Positions 54,801 to 63,460 of a DNA stretch of 64,000 nucleotides are shown in pieces. How positions within the stretch are numbered: position 1 is the stretch's first letter; the number at the start of each line of letters is the position of its first letter. Source of the DNA: a bacterium (GTDB lineage Bacteria; UBP15; UBA6099); the NCBI GenBank assembly GCA_029564595.1, contig JAKQPS010000037.1, forward strand, positions 72,731 to 136,730, given 5' to 3'. The notes under the pieces were generated by a model. The model saw only the letters and a program-made list of their open reading frames with translations, was not told the origin of the DNA and did no database searches. The position numbers and the translations under genes were made by a program.

Positions 54801-56138
54801 GCGATGGCATCTTACATAGAGGCGCGCCGCCACTACGATCTGCCTCAGATATCCCTCGACCTCGGAGCTTTATACTTCGAAAAAGGCGAGGAGTATTACG
54901 ACCAAGCCGCTAAAAACTTTATCGACTCGATGCGCGTCTATCCGAACTACCCATTGCCAAGATACAACCTCGGATTGATTTTCTATCAGAAAGCCATGAG
55001 CTTGGTGTCGCCCGAAAAGCAGGGGATGACGGACGCGCAGGCGGTGGAGGAAACGGCGGGGATGCTCCGAGAGCTTGATAATCTCCGGCGGCGGGAGCGC
55101 GGGGGCGGAGCCGGAGCGGCGGTTCCGAGGCCGTCGACCCGCGTCGAGATAGCCAGATTGCTGTTTAGAGAATCAGCCCTCATGTTCAGGGAGTCCATAA
55201 ACATCAATCCGTCCCTCGACACCGCCGCTTTCAAGCTGGGCATAACTTTCGAGAGGCTTTTCGAGATTGAGGAAGACGACCCGGCAAAGAAGCTCGATCA
55301 CATAGACAACGCGCTGTACTGGTATAAATACACGGTGGGCGTCAACCCGTCTCACGCGGACGCGCTCTATAACTACGCGCTGGCGCTCACGCGCAAAGCC
55401 GCCGTGATGAACAGCCGGGCTGACGCCGCGACCGACCCCGCGCAGGCGCGGAATCTGAGGGAGGATGCGGCCAAGGCGTCAGCAGAATCCCGCGGCGTTT
55501 TTGAAAAGGTCCTCAATGTCAATCCGAGCCACACCCTCACGCTCAACAACCTCGGCAACATGTACTTCAACGACGGCAGGATTGAAGAATCGATAGAGAT
55601 GTACAAGCGCGCGCTCGCCGCCGACCCGGACTACCTGAACGCCCGACTCAACATCGCCCTTGCATATATGCAGACGGGTCGATACGCGCAGACAATCGAA
55701 TATCTGGAAGAAGCGATGCGAAGACCGCTCGAGCCTGCGCACGAGCTGAAGGTCGTCTATCTGGTCGGCTCCTCGTACTTCAAAATGGGCCGCAACGCGG
55801 AGGCGATGGCCGTGCTCGACCACGTCCGCATGAAATACGCGCGGACGCCATTCGCGTCCAACCACGAATACTTCTCCATCGTCACAAGATATGGAGAGGC
55901 GCTCATTCAAGCGGGAAGGAGCGGGGAAGCCCGCAAGGCGCTTGAAGCGCTGGTCGCCGGCGGGACTCGTTTCGTTCCGGCTCCCACCGCCGCGGAAGCC
56001 TATTACCTGCTAGGCGTCGCCGCCTCAAAAAGCGGAGACCCCGCGGCGGCCCGTTCTTATCTTAATACCGTTTTGACAACTTATTCAGCGACGCCGGTCC
56101 GCGCGAACGCCGCAAACTTCTTAAAGACGGTTAAATAG
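51852..56138 (+). CDS. Giant membrane protein: O-antigen ligase/polymerase (Wzy_C)-like polytopic domain fused to C-terminal TPR repeats
   Basis: More than 12 TM helices. ITRGSWIGVIASVAALGLFAV-type Wzy_C loop. C-terminal half has multiple TPR-like 34-residue repeats (ALYNYALAL, LNNLGNMYF, LNIALAY). 1428 aa. Confidence 0.65.
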   Translation: MSKQASNSSTFETAAELLLFPALLVLPYILFKDTYSQISAEGEWNSFYIAALSVLAALAVSVPQIVAGMNGPRGAFFAASGIALGAAGALLPFVNAPRGGSLWPTLAVCAAACAAQAVARAKSRGGASGLDLAVSILTVAAGLALPYSLAAFGLEQSKAAVFLLFVPLALPLYLFATTPDSRDPDRPLARVILIFIVHSLAMSLYFVLFRSYESFRLPQLTAMQATVALNVALAFASAALKGRLELRKSPLNVPILLITVATLLSFALSPNFFVSLKEFLQYAFVVMNFLLIVHCLDGRRHYGILVSVFIAALWIEALVGVQQHFGANRLLGLGGNRDPFSTLGNKNYAAELLAMGIPFVVAVSMGVRERWKKALCWIALYPMLAVVVLAITRGSWIGVIASVAALGLFAVDGLGGRKALEAAAHIAALALLTIFIAAVSTRNAILTSVPESGGGNAFISDVLKECSGGASVSLGGRQLAVCSVPSSRKSSFFENNYVSDWVSVSRRLGWPRLPVDVSEPLTPQETVARLRYAAASAELEGTEAAARLGDYLDSLETAPPVFYVRVGYGPPDYSYVSRFMSIVDIASRRLGRSPVMWAAFFVGFAALMAAGWFAMRTRRGKTAAVSALAVLMVAFAAASVARRAETPPAQAAPAQTTFSAPAAPQVVDDSIVSRSFIWGGAREMIKHHPFGVGIGAFKVRYLSMLTVHLEKSGISTIPGFFKDVNAKEAHCEYLHIWAELGFIGLALLLYFFFAVFKYFKKIYYPLKDDPFTQCVALGAFSALASVAASAVFGFPFHIIGTSMFCGAALALLVFSEDRLLGAGTLPANLPGFGARKDRDDGESKKGKKNKRKKEAVSELAPDMSWKDRWAVVRLSRPVSIAGMAAASLFFILILKFSVDVQMANILMKKGNSYARRATELAAGADAAERRGNAAEASAYRSGAEDFDRQALDLFEQSLKLDPYNGDIHLFRGMFFQKHKQPDEAMASYIEARRHYDLPQISLDLGALYFEKGEEYYDQAAKNFIDSMRVYPNYPLPRYNLGLIFYQKAMSLVSPEKQGMTDAQAVEETAGMLRELDNLRRRERGGGAGAAVPRPSTRVEIARLLFRESALMFRESININPSLDTAAFKLGITFERLFEIEEDDPAKKLDHIDNALYWYKYTVGVNPSHADALYNYALALTRKAAVMNSRADAATDPAQARNLREDAAKASAESRGVFEKVLNVNPSHTLTLNNLGNMYFNDGRIEESIEMYKRALAADPDYLNARLNIALAYMQTGRYAQTIEYLEEAMRRPLEPAHELKVVYLVGSSYFKMGRNAEAMAVLDHVRMKYARTPFASNHEYFSIVTRYGEALIQAGRSGEARKALEALVAGGTRFVPAPTAAEAYYLLGVAASKSGDPAAARSYLNTVLTTYSATPVRANAANFLKTVK

Positions 56139-56170
56139 CGGCGGCCCTGCGGCGTCGGGAGACTTTCATT

Positions 56171-56833
56171 ATGGAACGCAAAAAAAACAGAATCGCCGTG
56201 TTGCTCTCCGGCGGCGGAACCACCTATCAGCACATTCAGGAGCGTTTAGCGGCTGGAGAGGCGGACGTCGAGACGGCGGTCGTGATATCCAGCAGGGCGG
56301 ACGCCTACGGACTGGAGCGCGCCCGCTCGTTCGGCGTTCCCGCCTTCGTCGTGCCGCGAAAAGAGTTCAATCAGCACGGCGACGCCGCCGTCGCCATGTT
56401 CAACCGCGCCATGCTCGATATAATAGAGCCTTACAAGCCCGACCTGATAGTTCTGGCCGGTTTCATGTGCCTGCTGTCCCCGGAATTTGTGGATAGATAC
56501 AGAGGAAGAATAATCAACACGCATCCGGCTCTTATTCCAGCGTTCTGCGGACACGAATACTACGGCGACCGCGTCCATAAAGCGGTTGTGGAATACGGCG
56601 TGAAGGTCACCGGCTGCACTATACATTTCGTGGACGAGGTTTACGACAACGGCCCGATAATCCTGCAACAGGCAGTGCCCGTATATGACGGCGACACATA
56701 CGAGGAAGTCGCCGCGCGGGTGCAGGCCGCAGAAAAACCGCTCTTCTTCGAGGCGATAAAGCTGTTCTCAGAGGGAGCGCTCGAAATAAGGGGGCGGAAG
56801 GTTTTTCGGACAGGCGGAGGAACTGAAAGATGA
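56171..56833 (+). CDS. purN: Phosphoribosylglycinamide formyltransferase
   Basis: IAVLLSGGGT, IINTHPALIP and DxGPII motifs. Confidence 0.85.
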   Translation: MERKKNRIAVLLSGGGTTYQHIQERLAAGEADVETAVVISSRADAYGLERARSFGVPAFVVPRKEFNQHGDAAVAMFNRAMLDIIEPYKPDLIVLAGFMCLLSPEFVDRYRGRIINTHPALIPAFCGHEYYGDRVHKAVVEYGVKVTGCTIHFVDEVYDNGPIILQQAVPVYDGDTYEEVAARVQAAEKPLFFEAIKLFSEGALEIRGRKVFRTGGGTER

Positions 56834-57660
56834 GAGGCAGAAGCAGATCAATGCCCGCCCACATGTCCGCCGCGATGCGAAAACTCGAAGAACTGTCGGG
56901 CGTGATCAACCTCGCCATCCAGACGGTGGACGCGCGCGCGCCGAACCTGACCCGCTGCGACTTCATCGTCCGCGCGCTGCCCGGCTGCTCTCAGGTCACG
57001 CTTGTCACCAAGGCCGATCTGGCTGACCCCAAGGCGCTCAAGGAATGGCTCGCCCACTTCGAGCGCGAAGGGATTCCGACTCTTGTTTTCCCGCACTCAA
57101 ACCGCGCGCCGAGAGAGAAATTCATCGAAAAGATAAGGCGCGCGTCGGGCGCCCCGGAGAATGTCCGCGCGGCGGTCATCGGCCTGCCCAACGTCGGCAA
57201 GTCCACCGTCATGAACTATATCGTCGGCAAACGATCCGTCCGCGTCGGCGCTCAGCCCGGCGTAACCCGCGCCGTTCAGCTCGTCAACGCAGGCGACAAC
57301 TTCGTTCTTGTTGACACACCCGGAGTCGTCACCCCTCAGTTCGCCCGCAGGGAACACGGACTTTCGCTCGCCCTCCTCGGATGCCTTCAGGACTCATTTT
57401 TCAATCCCGACGAGGCGGCGCTTCATCTCCTCGCGCGCTCCCTGCCGTTCTACTGCCGGATATTCAACGAATACTACGACGTCGAAACGGAAACATGCGA
57501 CCCGGTGGAGTTCTGCGAAGCCGTGGCGCGCAGGCGCGGTATGCTCCGCAAGGGCGGCAAGCTAGACTTGGACCGCGTCTATCCTTTGATAGTGCAGGAC
57601 TTCTCGACGGGAAGAATTTTCGGAGTGAGTCTCGAAGCCCCGCCCGCCGCCCCCGCATGA
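56830..57660 (+). CDS. rbgA: Ribosome biogenesis GTPase, circularly permuted YlqF/RbgA family
   Basis: Permuted order LVTKADL (G4), GLPNVGKST (G1), DTPG (G3). True start possibly MPAHM at ~56851. Confidence 0.7.
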   Translation: MRGRSRSMPAHMSAAMRKLEELSGVINLAIQTVDARAPNLTRCDFIVRALPGCSQVTLVTKADLADPKALKEWLAHFEREGIPTLVFPHSNRAPREKFIEKIRRASGAPENVRAAVIGLPNVGKSTVMNYIVGKRSVRVGAQPGVTRAVQLVNAGDNFVLVDTPGVVTPQFARREHGLSLALLGCLQDSFFNPDEAALHLLARSLPFYCRIFNEYYDVETETCDPVEFCEAVARRRGMLRKGGKLDLDRVYPLIVQDFSTGRIFGVSLEAPPAAPA

Positions 57661-57737
57661 CGCTCGCGCGACAGCCCGCAGTCGATTGCCATCCGTCTCG
57701 TTTTCCGGGTATAATACGATTAATCAACAAATAGCGT

Positions 57738-57809
57738 GGCCGTGTACCCAAGTGGCTAAGGGGGAGGTCTGCAAAACCTTCATCATCGGTTCGATTCCGA
57801 TCACGGCCT
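57738..57809 (+). tRNA. tRNA-Cys (anticodon GCA)
   Basis: Hand-folded cloverleaf: acceptor GGCCGTG/CACGGCC; anticodon stem GAGGT/ACCTT; loop CTGCAAA (GCA); T arm ATCGG-TTCGATT-CCGAT; discriminator U73 (Cys identity element). CCA not encoded. Confidence 0.85.
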
Positions 57810-57828
57810 TTCAGCATTATCGATGTAT

Positions 57829-57875
57829 TATCCCGGATTCGTCGGCTCTATCGACGGATTCGGGATTATTTGATT
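57829..57875 (+). terminator. Hairpin + T-tract downstream of tRNA-Cys
   Basis: TCCCGGATTCGTCGG-CTCTAT-CGACGGATTCGGGA imperfect stem followed by TTATTTGATTTT. Confidence 0.45.
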
Positions 57876-57965
57876 TTACCCATTGTGCCGGATGCCGTCC
57901 GCAACCCTGTTGCGGGTGTGCTATGGGCAAAACCGAAAAGAATTCACAGCGGCATAAATGACAAA

Positions 57966-58001
57966 GAAAAAAGGGGCGGGAGTGGATTCCCCGCCCCTTT
58001 T
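57966..58001. terminator. Bidirectional rho-independent terminator (serves purH on the minus strand)
   Basis: AAAAAA-GGGGCGGG-AGTGGATTC-CCCGCCCC-TTTT. On the minus strand the hairpin is followed by TTTTTTCTTTGT, 27 nt after the purH stop. Confidence 0.8.
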
Positions 58002-58027
58002 GGCGATTGAAAACTTTCTTGAGAAAA

Positions 58028-59800
58028 TCAGTGGTTGAACTTGCGGACGCCGGTGAAGACGAGGGCGATGCCCTGTTCGTCTGCGGCGGCGATGACGGAG
58101 TCGTCGCGCACTGAGCCGCCCGGTTCGACGATGAACTTCACGCCTGTCGTGGCCGCGTTGTCCAGCCCGTCCCTGAACGGGAAGAACGCGTCGGAGACGA
58201 GAACGATTTTTCCGCTTTCGAGTTGTTTTGCGATGTAGGCGGATTCTTTCTTGAGGTACTCGGCGCGTTTGTTTTTGGAGAGAGAGGCGACGAATTCGTC
58301 GCGGTCGACTTTGGCGCCCTGAGAGGCGGCGAACTCTCGCTGCAGGTTGCCGGTGGCGCGCAGAGCGCAAAGGAGAACGGAATCTTTGCGGTTAGGTTGT
58401 CCGCAACCCATCCCGATGACTTGGTATTTGCCCTTGGAGTATTCGCGGATGATGCTGATGGCGTTGGACTTCACGTTCTTTACGTGTCGGAGTCCGAAGT
58501 CGAGCATGTCGCCGGCTCCGGCGGGAGGTTGCTTTTTAGAAACGACGCCGACCATGAGTTTCTTGCCGCTGTTCTTGCATTTGTATTCGGAGGCTTTTTT
58601 CATGAGGTCGGCGGGTTTTTTGCAGAGGTAGTAAACGTCGTCCGACTCCTGTTCGAGCATTCCTCCTGAGACGGCGCGGAGTTTGGACTTGGGGGCGGAG
58701 GCAAATTTGATATCGCCGAATTCGAGGAGTCTGAGACCGGCTTTCTTTTTGCCGAGGGACTCGATGTAGTCGAGGGCTTTCTTCTCGATTTTCGGGGCGA
58801 TGATAATTTCGACGAATCTGTCTTCGATGAGTTTGGCGATGCCGAGGGTCATGTTGCGGGTCAGGCAGATGACGGAGCCGAAGGCGCTGACGGGGTCGCC
58901 GGCCCAAGCGCGCTCGAAAGCTTCTTCGATGGTGGCGCCGGTGGCAAGCCCGCACGGGTTGCAATGCTTGATGATGGAGACCGCCGGGACTTTCTTGAAT
59001 TCGAGCGCGGTTGTCATAGCCGCCTCGCCGTCAAGGTAGTTGTTGTAACCGAGCGCTCCGCCGAAGACCTGTTTGCAGTTCGGCAGGTTGGGCCATTCGA
59101 CGCCTTCCTCGCGGTATAGCCAGCCTTTCTGATGCCAGTTCTCCGCGTAGCGTCCGAGTTGGAACCCGTCGGTATATTTGAGCCGTTTGACCATCTTGTC
59201 TTCAAGCTTCGCGCTGAAGAACGTGTTGATGGCGGCGTCGTAGTCAGCGGTGCGCTCGAACGCTTTCGAGGCCAGCTTCGCGCGTGTGTCCAGCGTCACC
59301 CCGCCGTTGTTTGCCTTCATCTCGGCCATGATGGCGCCGTATGAAGCCGGGTCGACGACGATCGCCACGCCCTCGAAGTTCTTCGCCGCGGCGCGGACCA
59401 TGCACGGCCCGCCGATGTCAATGTTTTCGACCGCCTTGTCCACAGTACAGTCTTTTGCCGCCGTCACTTTCTCGAACGGGTACAGGTTGCACACCACCAT
59501 GTCTATCTTCGGGATGCCTAGTTCGGCGGCCTGTTTGACATGGGTCGGGTTGTCGCGCTTGTAAAGCAGGGCGCTCTCATAGTTGAAGCTGATGGTCTTC
59601 ATCCTGCCGTCGAAATAGTCGTCTTTCTTGTTGCCCGTAATTTTGCTGATAGGAACCACTTTCACGCCCGCGTCCTTGAGCGCCTTGGCGGTTCCGCCGG
59701 TGGAGATAATCTTCACTCCGTTGGCGGAAAGGAACTTGGCGAACTCGACCACGCCTGTCTTGTCGCTTACGCTCATCACGGCGGTTTTGATTTTTAACAT
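58028..59800 (-). CDS. purH: Bifunctional AICAR transformylase / IMP cyclohydrolase
   Basis: Start MLKIKTAVMSVSDKTG (ATG 59798-59800, AAGGGGGA RBS). MGS-like and AICARFT domains. C-terminal ...FTGVRKFNH. Confidence 0.85.
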   Translation of the reverse strand: MLKIKTAVMSVSDKTGVVEFAKFLSANGVKIISTGGTAKALKDAGVKVVPISKITGNKKDDYFDGRMKTISFNYESALLYKRDNPTHVKQAAELGIPKIDMVVCNLYPFEKVTAAKDCTVDKAVENIDIGGPCMVRAAAKNFEGVAIVVDPASYGAIMAEMKANNGGVTLDTRAKLASKAFERTADYDAAINTFFSAKLEDKMVKRLKYTDGFQLGRYAENWHQKGWLYREEGVEWPNLPNCKQVFGGALGYNNYLDGEAAMTTALEFKKVPAVSIIKHCNPCGLATGATIEEAFERAWAGDPVSAFGSVICLTRNMTLGIAKLIEDRFVEIIIAPKIEKKALDYIESLGKKKAGLRLLEFGDIKFASAPKSKLRAVSGGMLEQESDDVYYLCKKPADLMKKASEYKCKNSGKKLMVGVVSKKQPPAGAGDMLDFGLRHVKNVKSNAISIIREYSKGKYQVIGMGCGQPNRKDSVLLCALRATGNLQREFAASQGAKVDRDEFVASLSKNKRAEYLKKESAYIAKQLESGKIVLVSDAFFPFRDGLDNAATTGVKFIVEPGGSVRDDSVIAAADEQGIALVFTGVRKFNH

Positions 59801-60023
59801 AGAATCCCCCTTGTGGAAATCGCCGGGAGAAAGCCCGGCGGAATATTTTGCAGATTTCGCGCTCGACGCGCGGCCCGGCGGACGGAGCCGCCGCAATGAG
59901 AGCAATTATAACCGGGGACGGCTGGCGCGGGCAACGCGGTTTGGGAAATAGTTCACAATGTCCCCCGCGCCGCCCCTGCGCGGGGTTTCTAGTGTTTTAT
60001 CCATGAAACGATTAGCGAGCGCG

Positions 60024-62297
60024 TCAGTCAGCGCGTTGCCCGGCAAAGCGCCGGACGGCGGCAATCAGGGAGCCGAGGGTGATAAGTATAAGCCCGGCCC
60101 AGTACAGCCATATAAACGGCTTGAAACTGGCTTGAAATATCGCACGGTATCCGGTTTGAGAGGCGGCTTCTGGTTCGGCTCCGGCGTCGCTCTCCGCTTC
60201 CGAAACAGCGGCGGCGGCCGCGTCGCTTTCGGGTACGGGCGCGTTATCGGCGGGCTGCCACTCGATAGCCACTCCCCCGGTGTCGGGCATCAGGCTCGCC
60301 GCGCGAAGCCGCAGGCCGTTGCCTTTGACTACCACGGTGTCGGACTCAATGCCCTGAGCCCCCATTCTTGCGGAGGCGATCAGATTTTCTGTCGCGCCGT
60401 TCAGCGCGGCGGATAGTTTCACGCCGACTACGCCTTCCTGCATCCGGGACGCGTCGAAACCGTCGAACGTTAACTCTACGCCCTCGACGAGCGCCGATTT
60501 GCCTTTCAGGAGGGTTATAACTTTTCCGGCGGGGCCGGACGCCGGAGCGTTCCCGTCGGGCGGCGCAAGCTGCACGGGAGTAAGATAGAGGTCCCCCGCG
60601 AACATCCTAATAACGTATGGTTTGTTTACGGCCTTGTTATGCCATTCGTCGCTGACGTATGAAATCTCGGCGGACGCAGAGGCCCTGCCTCCTATTTCAA
60701 TCACAACGCTGTCGCCGTACTCGAAGGGCCGTATGTCTTTGACAACAAATGTGAATCCTGCAAGCTCTTCGCTCTGGCCTTCGAGCAGACCGAACCTGTC
60801 GGTACGCTTGGCGGCGGACGACGTTATGACGCCCACGAGAACCAGCGCGGCCCCGATGTGCGCGAGGTAGGATGCCCAGTTCATCTTTCGCGACGCGGAG
60901 AAAGAGACGACCGCCCACAGGTTCGAGACGGCTGCGGCGCAGGAAAAGAACACGAGGGCGACGGAGGTCGCGTTTTTGACGCCGATGGCGACCGCGATTA
61001 TCGCGCCCGCGACGCCGACGACCGCCCCGGCGGCGAACGGAGCCACTTTCAGCTTGGCCCCCGCGCGCCGCATGAAAAACGCCGGGCAGGCCGCAAGCAG
61101 TATCGCCAGCGGCAACGCCGCCACCATCGATGTCGCGTTGTAATACCTCTCGTCAAATGTAGACGTTCCTTCCATGAACCACTTGGAGAAAATAGGCCAG
61201 TTCGTGCCCATGAACACGAACGCGAAGAACATCCACATGGAAATGACGGAGCCGTAAAGGAGAACGTCCCGCGCGTCGGATTTCGCGGCGGGTTCAGGGG
61301 GCAGGTCTTTCGACATCTTGACGCCCTGCCAGACGACGGCGGCGATCGCGACCGCCGCCGTGACTATCAGCGCCAGAAGTATCGGCAGGTATATGGAGCC
61401 GCCCTGAAAAGAGTGAACGGAAACGTCGCTCAACACGCCGCTCCTTGTAAGGAATGTGGCATAGAGGACGGTGAAGTACGCGATTGAAACCATGACCGCA
61501 TTCCAGAAAACGAAGCGGCGGTTGCGGTTCTGAAGAAGCATGCCATGGAGCAAAGCGCCGAGGGCGATCCAAGCGAAAAGGGAGGCGTTTTCGACGGGGT
61601 CCCAGCCCCAGTAGCCGCCCCAGCCGAGCACCTCGTATGCCCAGTAGCTGCCCATGAAAATGCCGATGCCGAGGACGCACCAAGAGAGGACGGCCCACGG
61701 GCGCGCCGCCTTCGTCCATGCCGTGGTTTCGCCCTTCGCCAGCCCGGCCAAGAAAATCGCGAACGGGGCCGCCGCCAGCGCGTATCCCAAGAACATCACC
61801 GGAGGGTGCAGCGCCATCCACGGGTTCTTAAGCAGCGCGTTCATCCCCGCGCCGTCCGGCGCTTCCCATCCAAGCGGCGCGAACGGGCTGCCGTGTATCA
61901 GCAGCGCGCATAGCGCAAGCTCAAGTCCCGCGAAAAAGACCATAGTCCATTTTTCATAGCTCTTCATCGCGAAAGCCACGACTAGCGCGGTGATTGCCAG
62001 AAAGCAAACCCAGAGCAGGAACGTGCCTTCCTGTCCCGCCCAGATTCCGGAAATCTTGTAAATCAACTCCTGAGATATCTCGCTATGCTCGAACACGTAT
62101 TTGAAAGCGAACCTGTCGTGGACGAAAAGCGAGCCGAGGTAGAAGACGCCCAGAGAGGAGAGGGCGGCCTTGGCCCACAGCGCGGCGCGGCCAGCCTTGT
62201 TCCAGCCCTCCGCTCCGTCTATCGAAAGCAGGTAGTAAACGAACGTCAGAATGTTAAGACACAGCAACGCGTATATTATTATTTGTCCGAAACCCAT
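60024..62297 (-). CDS. ccmF: Cytochrome c-type biogenesis protein CcmF (heme lyase component)
   Basis: WAYEVLGWGGYWGWDPVENASL tryptophan-rich heme-handling motif. More than 12 TM helices. 757 aa with large C-terminal periplasmic region. Confidence 0.8.
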   Translation of the reverse strand: MGFGQIIIYALLCLNILTFVYYLLSIDGAEGWNKAGRAALWAKAALSSLGVFYLGSLFVHDRFAFKYVFEHSEISQELIYKISGIWAGQEGTFLLWVCFLAITALVVAFAMKSYEKWTMVFFAGLELALCALLIHGSPFAPLGWEAPDGAGMNALLKNPWMALHPPVMFLGYALAAAPFAIFLAGLAKGETTAWTKAARPWAVLSWCVLGIGIFMGSYWAYEVLGWGGYWGWDPVENASLFAWIALGALLHGMLLQNRNRRFVFWNAVMVSIAYFTVLYATFLTRSGVLSDVSVHSFQGGSIYLPILLALIVTAAVAIAAVVWQGVKMSKDLPPEPAAKSDARDVLLYGSVISMWMFFAFVFMGTNWPIFSKWFMEGTSTFDERYYNATSMVAALPLAILLAACPAFFMRRAGAKLKVAPFAAGAVVGVAGAIIAVAIGVKNATSVALVFFSCAAAVSNLWAVVSFSASRKMNWASYLAHIGAALVLVGVITSSAAKRTDRFGLLEGQSEELAGFTFVVKDIRPFEYGDSVVIEIGGRASASAEISYVSDEWHNKAVNKPYVIRMFAGDLYLTPVQLAPPDGNAPASGPAGKVITLLKGKSALVEGVELTFDGFDASRMQEGVVGVKLSAALNGATENLIASARMGAQGIESDTVVVKGNGLRLRAASLMPDTGGVAIEWQPADNAPVPESDAAAAAVSEAESDAGAEPEAASQTGYRAIFQASFKPFIWLYWAGLILITLGSLIAAVRRFAGQRAD

Positions 62298-62699
62298 TTA
62301 CTCACCCGGTTCCTTTTGGAAAGCTTCGTCGGCTTTAGCCTCGTATTTTGAAGGGCACTTGGTAAGAATGTCCGAGGCGACGAAAATGCCGTCCTCGTAC
62401 GCGCCCTTGGCGACGACCTGAGTGGCCTGCTCGAAATTCGAAGGCAGGCCCTTCATCGTCCTGACTCGCATAACTTTTCCGTCCGGGTCGGAGATGGAGA
62501 ACTCATAAGCTCCGGATTCCGGGATGAGCGCGGCTCCGGCGCTCTTCACCAGCTCGCCCATCACCTGAACCTGCCTGCCCTGAGCCTTCGCCGCTTCGTC
62601 GAACGTCACGTACGGCGTCGCGAAGTTCTTCGAGAAGTAAAACATCGCGCCGAGGCACGCGGCTATTATCACCGCTCCGATTATGTGTTTAGGTTTCAT
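62298..62699 (-). CDS. ccmE: Cytochrome c maturation heme chaperone CcmE
   Basis: N-terminal TM anchor, OB-fold region, C-terminal CPSKYE-type motif. Operon position between ccmD and ccmF. Confidence 0.7.
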   Translation of the reverse strand: MKPKHIIGAVIIAACLGAMFYFSKNFATPYVTFDEAAKAQGRQVQVMGELVKSAGAALIPESGAYEFSISDPDGKVMRVRTMKGLPSNFEQATQVVAKGAYEDGIFVASDILTKCPSKYEAKADEAFQKEPGE

Positions 62700-62803
62700 T
62701 TCTTCTCCGCCTTTTTAAGTTTTAAGTCAAGGTAAACGATGTAGACGAAAATCCCCGCGAGGGTCGTCATCGAGCACACAAGAACAGTCTGCCATTCAGA
62801 CAT
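62696..62803 (-). CDS. ccmD: Heme exporter protein D (CcmD), 35 aa; absent from the ORF track
   Basis: Minus-strand ORF MSEWQTVLVCSMTTLAGIFVYIVYLDLKLKKAEKK. Single TM. Stop overlaps the ccmE ATG (ATGA); start overlaps the ccmC 3' end. Confidence 0.65.
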   Translation of the reverse strand: MSEWQTVLVCSMTTLAGIFVYIVYLDLKLKKAEKK

Positions 62804-63458
62804 CCCAGCCCTCCTTCCTGCGCGCTATCCGTTCGACGCGCACAGAGAGATTGTAAAGTTTCAGATAGAGAAAAGTGTATCCCGCCGCCGCGCACCAGAA
62901 CACGAGCCGCATCTTGTCGTCCAGCAACTTGCCCTGACCGTCCGCGTTGATGATGGTGTCGGGGTGAAGGCTCATGTAAACGCGCGGGATGACGAACACA
63001 AGAAATGGCATAACGGCGAAAGCGAGTATTGCGTAGACGGCGGCCAGCCGGATGCGCCTGTCGAAGTCAGGCGTCGCCGAGCGCAGCCCGAAGTAAGCCA
63101 TGTAGACGAGGAGCAGCACGGTGATGGAGACTTGGCGCGGGTCCCAGTTCCAGTACATGTTCCACGCCGATTTTGCGAAGAACGCTCCGGAGATGGTCGC
63201 CAGAACGCAGAACCAAAGCCCCATGCGCGCGGACACTTCCGCCTTCATGTCGGCTTCATAGCTGTGCCGCCTTAGCACGACCACGCTGTTCCAAAGCGAC
63301 ATCGTGAAGGCCAGCACGGCGACCCATGCGACCGGCACGTGGAAATATATGATGCGGGCCGTCTCGCCGAGCACATGCGCGGGCGGGGTCACAACGAGCG
63401 CGCCGTACAGCGTCCACGCCATGAATCCGAACAGAGCCGCCAGAAACAACATTCCCAT
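62796..63458 (-). CDS. ccmC: Heme exporter protein C (CcmC)
   Basis: WNMYWNWDPRQ tryptophan-rich motif. Start likely MGMLFLAALF (ATG ~63456-63458) rather than the track's 63560, which would overlap ccmB by 100 nt. Confidence 0.75.
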   Translation of the reverse strand: MGMLFLAALFGFMAWTLYGALVVTPPAHVLGETARIIYFHVPVAWVAVLAFTMSLWNSVVVLRRHSYEADMKAEVSARMGLWFCVLATISGAFFAKSAWNMYWNWDPRQVSITVLLLVYMAYFGLRSATPDFDRRIRLAAVYAILAFAVMPFLVFVIPRVYMSLHPDTIINADGQGKLLDDKMRLVFWCAAAGYTFLYLKLYNLSVRVERIARRKEGWDV

Positions 63459-63460
63459 GC

